The translations under genes were made by a program, and so were the position numbers. Under the pieces are notes generated by a model. The model worked only from the letters and a program-made list of their open reading frames with translations. It was not told the origin of the DNA and ran no database searches. Of a DNA stretch of 54,975 bases, positions 15,480 to 29,460 are shown one piece after another (within the stretch, counting starts at the first letter, position 1; the number at the start of each line of letters is the position of its first letter). Origin of the DNA: Nemertoderma westbladi (lineage: Eukaryota > Animalia > Xenacoelomorpha); NCBI GenBank assembly GCA_032718475.1, contig JAUCBJ010007676.1, forward strand, positions 1-54,975, in the 5' to 3' direction.

Positions 15480-18400
15480 TGTAAAAGCTTTTGCGGATAT
15501 AATCAGTCCCCTTGCCCGCAAAGTACCGTGTGGGTGTTTTAACGGACATAAAAGTTGTTTTTCTATATGGTCAATTCCATGGTGTCGGACGTTGGGGCAA
15601 ACCCAAATTTTCGGTTGTTTTTTACTATTTGTAGGAAGTTGTTAATTCAAGGTCAATCAGAGTAATGCTTATACTACCCCAAATTCGAAGCTCTATATGA
15701 GAACACATAATGAGTCCACTGAAAACTACTAGAGTTCTTGAAATTCGAGTTTAAAAAGTGGGTGTCGGACGTTTGAGTTTTGGGACAGTAATTTTTGGCT
15801 AAAAATTAAAACATTCGTGTAACAGTGCCGATGAGAGCTTTTGCAAATTTTGGCTAACCACAGTGATCAGCAACTATTTGGCTACCTATTATTAATCCAA
15901 CCTTTGTAATATCCTAAATCTAACTTACAGTTTTTGTAGTTTGATTGGAATTGAAATGGTGTCGGACGTTTGGAGTCGGACGTTTGGATTTGCCCACTAA
16001 TCCAGGTTCTTTTATTTGTACTTTGTTGGTAATGAATGCGAGGGTTCATATTCGCTTTGTCTTAAACAACATCTCTGCTTTACGGGGGTAGAAAAATAAA
16101 ATAATTTCGTTCACAACTTTTCAAACTATGGCACGTTTATCGAACTGTACATTTTTTTATCACTTATTTCTCGAAAACTTTGTATGGGGTGCTAAATGGT
16201 TTAATTATGGTTAAACACAATAATCTGCAACTATGTGTTTAACTAATATATATCAAACTTTTGTAATATCATCAATCTAACGCACAGTTATTGCTGTTTG
16301 ATTGTAAATTAAATGGTGTCGGACGTTTTGTGTCGGAATTATGGTGTCGGACGTTCCAATTATAACAGACTTATCCAGATTCTTATATTAGTACTAATGT
16401 TGATAAATCAATGGAAGTATCGTCCCGTGCTGTTACCCCCCTCCCACCGTCGCACTTAGCGATTCCCCCCCCCCCCCACCCCGCCCCACCCCCATTCCTG
16501 TTACCCCCACCCACCAAACACATACAATATTTCAAAATGTTTCAATCTAGATTACTGATAAGCAAAAACATTTTATTATTTTTCTCTCCAAAACAATAAA
16601 CAGATGTTACCAATTTGGGGAAAAGAACAAGTTATGGAGACGGTAAAAATAAGCAATGATGTTATCAAATGAGGGAAATGAGTAATAATACAATTATATA
16701 CATGGGCTAACAGGAATGTGGGGGGGGGGGGGGTAACATTACTTGAGTCTTGAGCGCGACAACATTTATAACAATGACCCATCTTGAAAGTCAAATCATT
16801 AGCCTAACGAAACAGGTAACAGGTAGCAACAGTCAAATAGTAATAGTGATGGTAATACCAACGACTATTCGACATGCTTATCGAATTATAATTAAATTGT
16901 TGTTCATTGCCGGTTACCCTATGGATTCAGTAAATTAGTTTGGTAGACCTTCAAACGTGGGAATCTCGAAACGGTATGTACTACGGATCCTGGCCGTTCC
17001 CCGTAACAAATTGGCTACTACTTGCTGGAATTAACTATTGTTTTATGTGACATTTTAATGCCGGATAAAGCCATCTAATCATGTTTTACATCCAATCACA
17101 TTACAGTTACATTTTAGGTGTCGGACGTTTGTCAAACAAAGGTGCATATTCTGGGCTTCTGTACATGCCTGTTGCCAAGAGCAACAACCAATAGCAGAGG
17201 CTTTCAGTTCGGCACTTCAATAACTTCCACAAAACCAACTCTATTTGATTGACCGTGTAAATAGAAAGAAAATTGTGAAAAAAAGTGTCGGACGTTTGTG
17301 AAATTTACAAGAGTGTATTTAACACCAAATGTTCTTTACATACAAGTATGCACTACCACTTTGTAATAGCTTAATTGATGCAGTAATAGATAACCTTGAT
17401 ATTGATACCAAAAACATAAATTTATTCCGTGTACTTTAGAAATTATGACGGATCATAAACTGACTTAATTTTGAAGAATTATCTCAAAAAAAGAGATAGT
17501 CTCATTCATTTTACTAATTCCTTACAAACGGCCCTAGTGATGACTTTTAAATATAATATTCATAATCTATGATAAAAATGGCACCAGAAAGTGTATTCAG
17601 TGATAACAAATTATGCATTTAATTTTTTAACTTTTTTGCCCGTTTCTTATGGAATTGACCATATGTGTGCTTTGGCGGACATGGCAAGACACAAAACCCG
17701 CAATGCGTCAAATCCTCTAGCACAGTGTAGCCTTGATGATTCAGATTACGACATCTAACAGCTGGTTGCTGGCATGGAAACGGCCGTTGGACACATGGTT
17801 CTTTGTTCAGCTTAACAGCCAATCAGAGCGATTTTTGCCTTAGACGTGGAGATATTCTACAGATCGTACTAGGCGTGTTCAGTCTTACGGTTTCAGTGTT
17901 ACTATTTTGTTGTTTCTATCTAGGCCAAGAACACCGGCTCTGGAGTCAATTTGTTTCAGACTTTAGAAGAAACATTAGTAGGCTTAGATTATAGAACGTA
18001 TAACTGTTATCAGTTCAATCAGTCTCACAGCGGTACAGTCTTACCGTGTTATAGTTTTCATATCATATCTTAACCTACCGTCTTAATGCTATTTACTGTT
18101 GTCATTATTTGTATCAGTTGGTTGAATATTATTACTTGGAGAACATCGATAAATAACCCAAATTTCCCAATTTTCTTGATACACTACAGGTTAGAGAGAC
18201 AGGTTACATATAGCGATTGCGACTTATATTATCGTGGTTTGTAGTGAATTTAATGCTATTTGATAGGCACTACATGAGTCAATTGCTGTTCTCTTTATGT
18301 ATGATAAAATTCATTGACGGTCGGCAGATTAGTGTGCAGTATTGTGCGTTACCGGTAGTGTGCATGATTGTGGCTGATAACTAAGCATTTCCTAAAGAAT

Positions 18401-18779
18401 GCGCCTCATACGTGAATCATAAGCCTTACCGTCTTACCGTTGTGTTTAGTATAAGTCATATCTCTGTTTACCTAGATAGAGCGCCACGTCCTAAAGGAAC
18501 TGTTAATATTTCCCGAAAGTGAATAATATTGGTCAGAAATTATTTATTAACGATCAATCGAATAATACAGTAAGCTTACACTGCAATAAAAATCTAAGCC
18601 CTCCGAATCCAGTCTCCCGGGTATATCCAGCGGGTGAATGGACGCGCACTAGGCTGGCTTCGGCTAATGTTGTGTTTATTGGTATTAAATACTTGTCATA
18701 TGCTAAAGTCTATTTATAAACCAAAAGACATATAAATTTTGGCAGGTTAAACTGCTAAAGGTCTTCAAAAGCGCGTACA
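15480..18779 (+). repeat. 5' LTR, interrupted by a 2.1-kb insertion at 15569-17660
   Basis: 15480-15568 plus 17665-18779 align collinearly with 32016-33212. Confidence 0.95.
15569..17660. mobile_element. Non-autonomous DNA transposon (2092 bp) nested in the 5' LTR
   Basis: 12-bp TIR GGTCAATTCCAT/ATGGAATTGACC, ATAT on both sides; the empty site CTATATGTGTGC is visible in the 3' LTR; about 8 internal GTGTCGGACGTT motifs; no transposase ORF. Confidence 0.93.
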
Positions 18780-18845
18780 ATAACAGTTATCTTCTTTATT
18801 GCAGTAAGCAATAAAGTTGAAAGTACCGGTCGACCAGTAAACCTG

Positions 18846-19083
18846 AATCGGTACTGCTGTAGGTCCGTAGGCCCAACTGCCAGAACCGGTACTGCTGTAG
18901 GTCCGTAGGCCCAACTGCCAGAATCGGTACTGCTGTAGGTCCGTAGGCCCAACTGCCAGAATCGGTACTGCTGTAGGTCCGTAGGCCCAACTGCTTGAAC
19001 CGGTACTGCTGTAGGTCCGTAGGCCCAACTGCCAGAATCGGTACTGCTGTGGGTCTGTAGGCCCAACTTTCCTAACCGGTACT
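18846..19083. repeat. 38-bp tandem repeat (~6 copies) in the retroelement 5' UTR
   Basis: Unit CGGTACTGCTGTAGGTCCGTAGGCCCAACTGCCAGAAT. Confidence 0.92.
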
Positions 19084-19257
19084 TCCAGTATAAGTACATT
19101 AGTATTATTCGATTTTGATTATTGTATACTGGTAGGTCTTAGTACTTAATCAGGGAACGGCCGCCCTGGTTTTTTATTGAGATTTTACTTATTTCTGTCG
19201 GTTTTATTTACATGTAAGTTAATATTGAGCTGAAGACGTGTAAGTCTGCTCAGATTG

Positions 19258-19838
19258 TTCAGATAATTGTAGGCTGGACTGTTGTCTGACTGTTGTTGGG
19301 TCTGGAGAGATTACGGCGTGTGTAGAGTCTGTCCGATAAAGTGCCAGTTAGTAAGTTGGGGCATCTTGAGTTGTAAGGTCAACCCCCTCCTAAAGAATAA
19401 GTCGTACTACCGTGTTAGAACGCATACTAACTAACCATTTTGGAATCTGCATATACTGTAGTTTATTTAGGCTTGATAGTAGTCTGCCAGCGTTTTAGCC
19501 TGTGTTTGTTTGTGTGGTCTGTTCAGGTACCGTAATAGTTATTACTCAGATATTTTGTAGGCTGGATTGTTGTCTAGCTATTATTAGGTCTGGAGAGATT
19601 GCGGCGTGCGTAGAGTCTGTCCGATAAAGTGCCAGTTAGTAAGTTGGGGCATCTTGAGTTGTAAGGTCAACCCCCTCCTAAAGAATAAGTCGTACTACCG
19701 TGTTAGAACGCATACTAACTAACCATTTTGGAATCTGCACATACTGTAGTTTATTTAGGCTTGATGGTAGTTTGCCAGAGTTTGGTTTGTATTTTGTTTG
19801 AGTATTCTGTACGGGTAGCGTAATATTTATTATTCAGA
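19258..19838. repeat. About 288-bp direct duplication in the 5' UTR
   Basis: TAGAGTCTGTCCGATAAAGTGCC...GGAATCTGCA occurs at 19323 and 19611. Confidence 0.9.
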
Positions 19839-21124
19839 GTTTATGCGATTATTGGCAACATTCATGTCCCCAAGTTTATTCCTACAGTAATTGTGCTTGT
19901 TACACATACCGTTATAGTTAAATTAACCCCGGTACTACACGGGCTGCTTGGCGTAGGTAAAGACTGGTGACTTTGTGCTCCTGTCACTCCAGCAGATGCC
20001 GTGGTTCTTTTAACTGTTCAAGTATATTTAACTGCTAGTTATCTGTTTTTAATAAGTACTTGTACCTAATTTAGGGTTTGGTGTACAGTGCTTTCCGAGA
20101 GTAATTAGTGTGGGCAGTGTATTGTGTTGTAAAGTGGTTAATAGGCACGTTGGATCTGGTAGTCCGCGGTAATTAACTTCTAGGTAGGAACACTCCGTGA
20201 TACATAACGTAGTACCTATAGCGATACGGCTATAGGTCGTCAGACGGTGGTGTTTTCCTATCTGGACAGCGCAATATATTTACTACTACTTATTATTTAC
20301 CGTAGTACCCTGTCCGTTGTAATAACCAGAATTCTAACCCTTTGTTAGACTGGTTTGTAGTTTCCCTGTAAAATTACCCTAAAATTTCGTACATAATATT
20401 TTTTGTTGTGTTTAATTAGAGAATTAATCTCACCCGTATCGTAAGTAATTTGTAGTATTAAGTAACTTAGGTAAATTAGAATTATTTGTTTTAGTATCCA
20501 ACAAGTAGCACTTCACTGAGAGCGCACAGCTTCTGTGTAGTGACTCCCCCCAGAAATAATAACATTTATTTCAAATATTGACAAAACCCATTTTAAACGG
20601 GTATATATATATTATAAATCAACTCAAACGATTTATAAATAGTAGGCCTGCCATACAACAACTAGGTCTCAATATCAGTTGGACTACTGCTTAAATAACG
20701 GTAATAAAGTAAGTTAAAGTAACCAAGTAACCCTAAAATTTCAGAAATTCAACTATTCTAAAATAATTGACATACCGGTATTTACCATAGGCTTATTATA
20801 TTTATTTCTATAAATTTGGGCTGAAATCATACAGGTATTCTGTAATTAATTCTAGTTTATAATTATACTTATATATACTATAAGTGTAAGCTGCATACCG
20901 GTATTCACGATAGGCCTATTATATATTTATATATATTTGTGCTAAAATTATATACCGGTATTCTGTGACAAACCTAGTCTACCATACTTATATATACTAT
21001 AAGTGTATACCGGTATTCTAATATATTGTAATTAATTACCGGTACTAGGCCAACGGTCATACTGAATTACTAGACTTGCTTTAACTGTAACTATAGCAGT
21101 AAGCATTCAACTGTATAGCTAAGT

Positions 21125-24100
21125 ATGTCTGACACAAAGCAAAACCTGTCAGACAGTCTAATCGATACAACCATCTGTGACACAGATAGGAGTGTGGAGC
21201 GATTAAGAAAGGGGTTCAGCTCACCTCCTACTGAAAGAAAAGTCATCCCTCCAGTAGTAGTATCAAACCCTAGGCTAATCCAACACCGTAGGTCTATCAT
21301 CGGCACTCGGGCCCAAGTCAAACGGAACCAAGAAGCAGCTGTCCAACAGCAGCAACATCCTAGTCAAGAAACTCGTTCCCAGCGACCCGATAGCTCCAGT
21401 AGTTCGGATACTGTAGAGCTGACCCCCGAACGCGGAGTGAAGATGGCGGCTACAGCCTATTCGGATCCCCTTCTCACCCTTCCTGCTGCAGTACTAACTA
21501 CTATATTGATTGCGGTGGAGGAACACCAAGTCGATTGGGCGAGAAGTAAGCGAGCGACCCAAGATAGTTATGCGGGATACGCCAGGGAAGAATTGATGTC
21601 TATTGTCGAGTCACAATGGAACTTTCCCGGACCCGGACTCCCGTTAGATTTGTCCGAAGCTACTTGGGAAGACATACACAGGATGGGAGTGACTAAAGAT
21701 ACGATGGATCCAGCTGTTTGGAAGAGGTCAGCAGCAGGATATGTGCAGGGATTCTTCGGCTCCTTAGAGCGATTAGAAGAACAACTGTTTCGACAACCCC
21801 AAGGACCTCAAGAGCAGGAAGAGCTGCTATATCAAGTACGCAAAAGAACCCTACGCATTAGACTAATCCTATCAGCCTTTGAGGAAACTTCCAAAAGAAG
21901 ACAGGACACGTCGCTGCATGTTGCTGTCAAGACTTGGTTCCAGCGGGTAGGTCTCAAAGTACAAGAAACGGCCCAGTAGAAATCCCAGCTGGCTGAGCGA
22001 CCAACCTATGAAGAATCAACCGATGCCACCTTTTCTCAAGTGGAAAGCGAAGTGACCGCAGAGAGATCGCGAACGAGAGACGCCATAGACATCTATCTGT
22101 CAGACTATCAACGTTTCCTAGGTGATGAAGAGTTGAGGAGACGACTGGCTGGACTTCGCCCCAATAGTGAAGGAGCCAAGCTTGTGTTGGACTCAATCGA
22201 TGCGGAAATGTTAGCTGCAAACCAAGCTAAATTTGATGAAAAACTCCGCCTCGCTAGAGTCCAAGAAGAACAAGTAAAGAAAAAACGGATAGAGGACCGA
22301 AAGGCAGCAGCAGTAGCAGCGGCAATGGCAGAAGCAGAAGCGGAAAGAAAGGCGGCAAAGGCAGTGGCAGAAGCAGAACGGAGAGCGTCTGAGGAGACTA
22401 CCCAACTGGAGTTGGAAAATCTGCAAGAGACGCAAGACTGCATAAATAAACAGTTAACTGCTAGTCAAATGCAGATGATGAGTCGATCTACTCCCAAACG
22501 CCAAGGATACACATCATCGGAGGAAGGCGAGACCACCGATCCTGAAGGCGGAGGAAATAGATCTCGTCTAAGCAGGCGTAGAAAAACATCTCACCGTCAA
22601 AAATTGCCTGATTTGCCCCCAGCGGTTAGAAGACAACTAGCTAGCACAGACTTAGGTAGTACAGAACCCACAGACCAAATTATTAAGGTCAAAAGACTCC
22701 CTACGATAGTTGATGAGCCTGAAATAATTAGGCCTGTTGTTCCCAAAGCCACTCCTGTGCTAGAGACCCCTGTACTTCCAGAGCTTAACTCTAAATTCCC
22801 TCTACACAGTACTACACTGCCTGTACCCGGTAGAACATTCCATGCGAATATCCCTGTCCTGGACACTGAGAGAGAAATCAAAGATTTGTCTCCCATCGTC
22901 CCGCGTCGGCCCGCTACAATGTTGGCGACTCCCACTTTGGCGGTCGAGTGGGTAGAGGAGGGATGGCGGGGGATGAATCTCCTGCTCGGACAGATGCAGG
23001 AGACTGTCCACCAACTTAAGGGAACAGTAAGGGAAAGTAGGTTAGAATTGCAAGAAGTGCAGCAAAGCATCGCGCTAGAACGCGACAAATTAGTCAATAT
23101 ACAAAAGGGTATACCAATACCCCCAGTAACATTGTGTCAACCTGTTAGGTCTGAAGTATCACATGCGCAAGGTGTGGAGCCTACACGCATCTATACTGCT
23201 AGTGAAGTAGAAACTCCTATAGCAAACCCTATTAAGGGTGATTATAAACCTGTTGTTAATGATATTCCCTATAGACCTGATAATAATCCAAGAAATTCAT
23301 ATACCGATAATTCTATATTAAATAACACGATGGCCCAAGAAAGCTTTACGCGTCAGATGGCTAGAACAGAAGCCCGCCAAGCGGTCAAAGTGGGAGAGAT
23401 CGTCAAATTCAATGGAGATGAGATGAAATGGTTACCTTTCAATGAATATTACAAAGATAGCATACAGAACTCTGTACTATCTAACGGAGAGAAACTTAGA
23501 TTCCTCATCAAGTGCTTGGAAGGACCTCCCAAGTTAATGGCGTTAAAGTTTATTGGACATCCAGATGGATTAAGACAAGTTTGGGAGACATTAAACATCA
23601 GGTATGGTAACAAGGATAACATAGCAAAGTATTTGTATGCAAAATTAGTAGCCCCCCGAAACTTCCTTAGTAGCGGGATAATAGAGTTTTCCGATGAGAT
23701 TCAGGAGATCTGTAGACAATTGGACTGGTTAGGTAAGTCTCATGAATATCAGAGTTCCATGGTTATTGGAGCCGTAGTCTCTACTTTACCAAAGGGTGGA
23801 TTATGTACACGCTGGGATAAGAAAGTGTTGTATATGAATGAGCAGCAACGACGAGGCCCTACCATGGCTGATCTTATGTCCTTCTTAGATAGTGAAGTAA
23901 AACTACAACTCATAAAGCAGTCCAGAGAGAAAACATCGGAAAATAAGGTAAGTGAGAAACCCGTTTCTAGGAGAAGAGTAACACCAGTGTATTACACTGA
24001 TGACGGCGAAAGCCAAGCTTCTCAAGAAGAGGACAGTGGAAAAGACACTGACAGATTTTACTATGTTAACAAAACCTCAAAAGACGTAAGTAAATACAAG

Positions 24101-26210
24101 GCTCGAACCAACGATAGGAGAGAACAGGTTGCCAAGACTCCTCCTCAGTCTCCTAACAGAATGCACGGAAGAAAGCCCGAAGAAAGAACGAGAGTGCATC
24201 ACGTTACCCAAGGTAAAGTGAGTAACATCAAACCAAACTGTGCGCTGTGCGACAGGCCCCACCGTTTGAGTGCGTGTGCTGAATTCCTAAAGAAATCCCT
24301 TGTAAACAGACGTGAAGTCATGTGGGATAAGCGGTTATGCTATAATTGCCTCAGACCAGGACACCAACGGCGAACCTGTTACTCCAATGTAAAGTGTGCA
24401 AAGTGCGGTGCGAAACATCACATCTTGTTACACAATGGATTCGAACGAGACAACCCGAGTCAGGTAAGTGAGCCCGAACTACATGTCCAATTCAGTGATG
24501 TAAATGACACTGATCAGGAGTCTGAGATGGAAGGATTCTATACTGACGAATTCTCCGACGCCAACGAATCCTGTTACCTAATAAATACCGCAGTGTATCG
24601 AGCACTTACTTACGAAAAGGACACCGACAATGAGTTCCCCCCAACTACCTTTGACAGACAACCATCTTTCAAAGCTCCAACTTCCAACGTAGGAATCAGA
24701 GAATTTCCTGTAGTGCAGGTAAGAGTTCACGGTCCTAACAAAAGTTACATAGTGAACGCCCTCCTTGACTCCGACAGCACAGGAACATTCATCGATCAAG
24801 AACTAGCCGAAGATATCTTTGCTGGACAACCCAAATTCCAAACTAAGTTGAATATGTCCGGAATTATGCAGGTTTGGAACTCTACCATAACGGCAAATTA
24901 CTATGTAGGTGCGTTGTCCACCCCCCAGGATAAATTAGGAGCACAAAGTATAAGGTCAGTAAAAATGGTGGCTATAAAGAACTTCGCTACTACCCAAGTA
25001 GAACCTTATAACTGGGACGAGGACGAGAGCATCCAACAGCTTAAGATACCTCGATTCCCGACAGATTATCCTGGAGTGCAAATACTCATCAGCCAAAACG
25101 CGCATGAGGCGCTCGAGACATTGGAGAAACGGCCTGCTCAACCACAGTCACTACAAACCTATGCGGTAAGAACTAGAGTAGGTTGGTACTTTACTGGCCC
25201 TTCCCGCAGAACTCTCAAAGAGAGATTACCACAAGAAAGAATATACCAGGTAAATGATTGGGAAGTGGAGAGCAGTGAGGTGGACGAACTAACTGAGGGA
25301 ACACCATACTCCTCAGATAATGACGACATCTACCAACTCTTCGATGAAGAGAACACAATCGACCTACTTACAGAAAACAAAACTTGGAAAAACCAGGTGA
25401 ACCTATGTCAACTGATTCGCCCATCGGGACCCATTGATTACAATGACGAACTAAATGATGAGATAGAGCGCTACAATGCTAGAACTTGGGACGAACTCGC
25501 CGTACGATTCTTTACTCAAGAATTGGTAGAGCCCAATTCATACGATAAGGCCCTATCGATAGAAGAAGAAAGAGCCAAGCAAATCCAGGAAACAACTACA
25601 CGTTTTTTAAAAGATCAAGGTAGATATGAAATCGGCCTACCATTTCGAAAACGAGAACCTAGATTTATAAATAACCCTCCCTTGGCAGAGAAAAGAATCA
25701 CTCAATTACATCGACGCCTTACGGCTAATGCTTCAGCTAAAGAAATGTACCAAACTCAGTTGAAGAAATTTATTACAAAGGGATACGCGGAGCAAGTACC
25801 GGAAGGAACACCAGTGACTGAGAGAACGTATTACTTAACACATCATTACGTTCCCAAACCCGGTAAACCCCATGAAGTACGAGTCGTATTCGATGGCTCC
25901 ACTCTATATATGGGCCAATCCCTCAATTCCGAGTTGTTACCAGGACCCAACTTACTCCAATCTTTGTTGGGAATACTTTTAAGATTAAGACAATATTCCA
26001 TCGCGTTTGCCTCCGATATAGAAGGAATGTTCTTACAAGTCAATGCGCTGGATAGAGATAGAGACAGCCTAAGATTTCTGTGGTGGCCTGAAGGAGATCT
26101 CAACCAGAAACCGGTAAAGTACTGGATGACCATCCAGGCTTTTGGGATCATATCAAGCCCTTCCAACGCCTGCTCCATGGTGCGGACCACTGCGAATGAC
26201 AACCTTCTCA
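21125..26210 (+). pseudogene. BEL/Pao gag-protease-start of RT, one in-frame TAG at 21977-21979
   Basis: ORFs 21125-21979 and 22040-26293 are in the same frame with a single TAG between them. Capsid-like KFNGDEMKW...EKLRFLIKCLEG; triple knuckle CALC..PH....C / CYNC....H....C / CAKC...HH..LH; protease ALLDSDSTGTFI; RT start VRVVFDGS, DIEGMFLQV, LRFLWW. Confidence 0.92.
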
Positions 26211-29115
26211 AAAGAGGTGATAGACAACATCAAGCGCGATATATACATGGACGACAATTTAAAGTCCCTTCCATCAGTAGAAGAAGCCATTGATGTCGCG
26301 AAAGGAACGGTAGAGTGTTTGAAAAGAGGTGGATTTCGACTGACGAAATTCACCAGCAACTCCCGTGAGTTTCTGGAAGCGATACCGGTAGAAGACCGAG
26401 GAACGGAAGACCTAGACTTAATAAAAGACAATCTTCCAGAAACCAAGACGCTTGGCTTGAAGTGGGACACAGAAAGAGATATCCTGTTTTTTCAGCTAAA
26501 ACAGCGAGATAATCCAGTTCGGACCAAACGGATTTGTTTAAGTATCCTGAGTACTTACTTCGACCCATTGGGATTTATTAGCCCAGTTATATTGATTGCT
26601 CGGAGTTTAGTACAACAAATGTGGCTTGAAAACCACTCATGGGACGATCCACTTAAGGGAGAACTGTTAACGAGGTGGATGAAATGGGAAGATTCTCTGC
26701 CTGCCATCGAGAGCTTTGTAATTTCCCGTGCATATTTTGGTCATGTTCTCCCTACGTATTCCTATCAACTCCATGTGTTTGGAGACGCCAGCGACATGGG
26801 AATAGGTATAGTAGCATATCTGCGAGTCAAAACTCCGGATGGAATCAAAGTCGCCTTGGTTACCTCTAAGGCATTGATTAACAACAAGTTAAAGGTTCCT
26901 CGAGCGGAGTTAAAAGCAGCTTTATACGCTACAGCCATCGGCCAGAACGTAACAGAACAAATCGACTATCCACTGGAGAAAACTGTTTATTGGACCGACG
27001 CTTTACTTGTGTTGGAGTATATAACCAATGAAGTCTGTCAGTTCAGCGTTTTTGTTACTAACAGGGTAGCTATTATTCTTAGTCGCACAAAGATAGATCA
27101 ATGGAGACATTGCCCTGGTACGATTAATCCAGTCGATATTGCCTCCAGGGGAGCAACTCCACAGGAACTGATAGATACTCCAGACTGGTTGGGTGGACCC
27201 GACTTCCTGAGCAAGGAAGAGGATGAATGGCCTCCTCACCTTACTACGGCGGAGATTAGACAAGCCAAGGGAGTGGCGAAAGTCAAACCTAAAACCCGGG
27301 CGAGTAAATCGAAGTTATTTAAACCGACGATCGATCTATCTGTATTACATACTTCCGGAAACGATGCTGCGGATCCACAATCCCTCGCCACAAATAAGGC
27401 TGTCTTGGAAATTAGGGATAGAGATTGGAAATCTGGAATACCAGACGTCTCGCAAGGAATCTCACCCCTGCTGCAGAGAGCAATACATCACTACAGTTCC
27501 TGGAATCGGCTTTGTAAAGCCGTCACATATTTAAGGCGATGTTTGCATCATCACTACTCCAGGACGAAGACCATTAGTGATACCGCTCCATTGACATCTG
27601 CGCAAGTTCATGTTATTAAAAATTTACCCCAATATAAGACATCCGACCGGTTTCTAAAGGAGAAAATCAGTTACCAGGAGCATGAAGAAACCAATAAGCA
27701 GATACTGAGACTCCTGCAATGCTATGAGGATTCCGATAAGTATTTCCTGTTGTTGAGAAATCCGCAGATGCGCTTAAGGGATCGCTTCTCTAGCACAATG
27801 ATAGATGGGTTAATACGTGTTGGAGGAAGACTCACCAATGCACCATTATCCTTTGACACTAAATTCCCCATACTCATTAGAAATCTTGAAGTACAAATCA
27901 AGATGATTGTAGATGTTCACAGTAAACTTTATCATGCTGGTAGAGAACGAGTTCTTAGCGAAATCCGAACTCGCTATTATTTTTATAAACCCCGTAGAGC
28001 TCTGAACCAAGTTTTTAGGAACTGCATACCCTGTAGGAAAGCATTCAGTAGGCCTTTAACACAGCGAGAGGCAGAATTACCTAGGGAACGAGTAAGCTTC
28101 TATGAACAACCTTTAACCCTTATTTGGCCCTATTGAAGTATATCGTGCTAGGACCATAGTCAAGAGATGGTGTGTCATCTTCGTATGCATGACTTGTAGA
28201 GCCATCCATCTCGATATGGTGAACGATCTATCTACCAACAGCTTCGTCTTAAGTTTACGCCGACAGATCGCTCGCTTCGGGACTAGTAATACCATGAGAT
28301 CGGATAAGGGAACGAACTTCATTGGTGCCAACAACGAAATCCAGGCTTACGTGAAGGACTGGAACCAAAGACAGGTGGACGATCAGCTAAGGATAACAGC
28401 ATCTAGCTGGACCTTCAACGCCGCCGACGCCCCTTGGTGGGGAGGAAGTTGGGAGAGATTAATTAGAAGTATCAAGACCGCATTTCACTTTATAGTGCCA
28501 TGCCACGCGTATCTCACCGACAAACTTTTGCGGACGTTAATGGAGGAAATAGCTGCCTATCTCAACTAGAGACCGCTTATGCCAGTCTCATCGAGTCCCG
28601 ATTCCCTGGAAGCGCAAACACCCGCGCACTTCCTACTGAAGAAACCTGTAGCCATGCTCCAACGATCGGAGATTAACGATGGAGACGAATACTGCCGTCG
28701 AACTTGGCAACTTATGCAGTTGCTATCCCGTCGTTTCGCTGACCATTTCGAGAAACATTATCTGCCCACGTTACAACTTCGAACTAAGTGGTTTGCGCAG
28801 CTTGAAAACGTCAGCGCCGGAGATATGGTGCTTATTGTAGATTCAGAACTTCCACGTAAACGGTGGCAGACAGGTCGTATCATCGAGACTCACATCTCGG
28901 ATGATGGTTTAGTACGCTCGGTAGAACTCGTCGTCATGCGGCGTAACTTCAAGAAGCCAGGCATAATCTTTGAGACGCAACAGCTCAACCGCCCAGTTGG
29001 TCGTTTATGTTTACTGGAAAGAGACAGAGAACTCTCCGGAAACTATGGAAGACAAGACACTCTTCCCATGACCACCTCCCTAATTCCTCAAACATCTAGG
29101 GACTCCCCAACGTGA
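26205..29115 (+). pseudogene. BEL/Pao pol: RT (YMDD), RNase H, integrase; frameshifts near 26205 and 28120, stop at 28567
   Basis: IYMDD, LGLKW, FDPLG, LHVFGDAS, PRAEL, YWTD, W.HCPG..NP.D.ASRG, IRVGGRL, H....HAG...C..C, CMTCRAIHLD, SDKGTNF, APWWGGSWERLIRSIK, W..GRI...DGLVRSV. Confidence 0.93.
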
Positions 29116-29460
29116 TACGTCTGGAGTGGGTGCATGACTATATTATTCTATCTATTTTTATTATATTTTATATGCGAACGTTATTATGTACTTTATTATA
29201 ATCGTTTTATTTAATTTTATTTAGTAGAATGTTATTTTAGATTATTTAGTAGGTTAGTGCAATATATTAGTGTTTATTACGTAATTACACATAATATATT
29301 TAATATGACGGCGAGAAATAATTCTTCCTTTTTCCTTACTTTTTCCTTTGCGATATTGCTCTTCTACTTTATATTAAATAATACATATAGTAGCGTGATG
29401 TCCCTATAACAGTAGCGTAAAACGCAAATAAATCTGTTAAACCTTTTGACCATCTGTAAT

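Noticed and set aside
17619-18719. Short ORFs duplicated at 31984-33152
   Set aside because: They lie within the LTRs, and their duplication simply reflects LTR identity.
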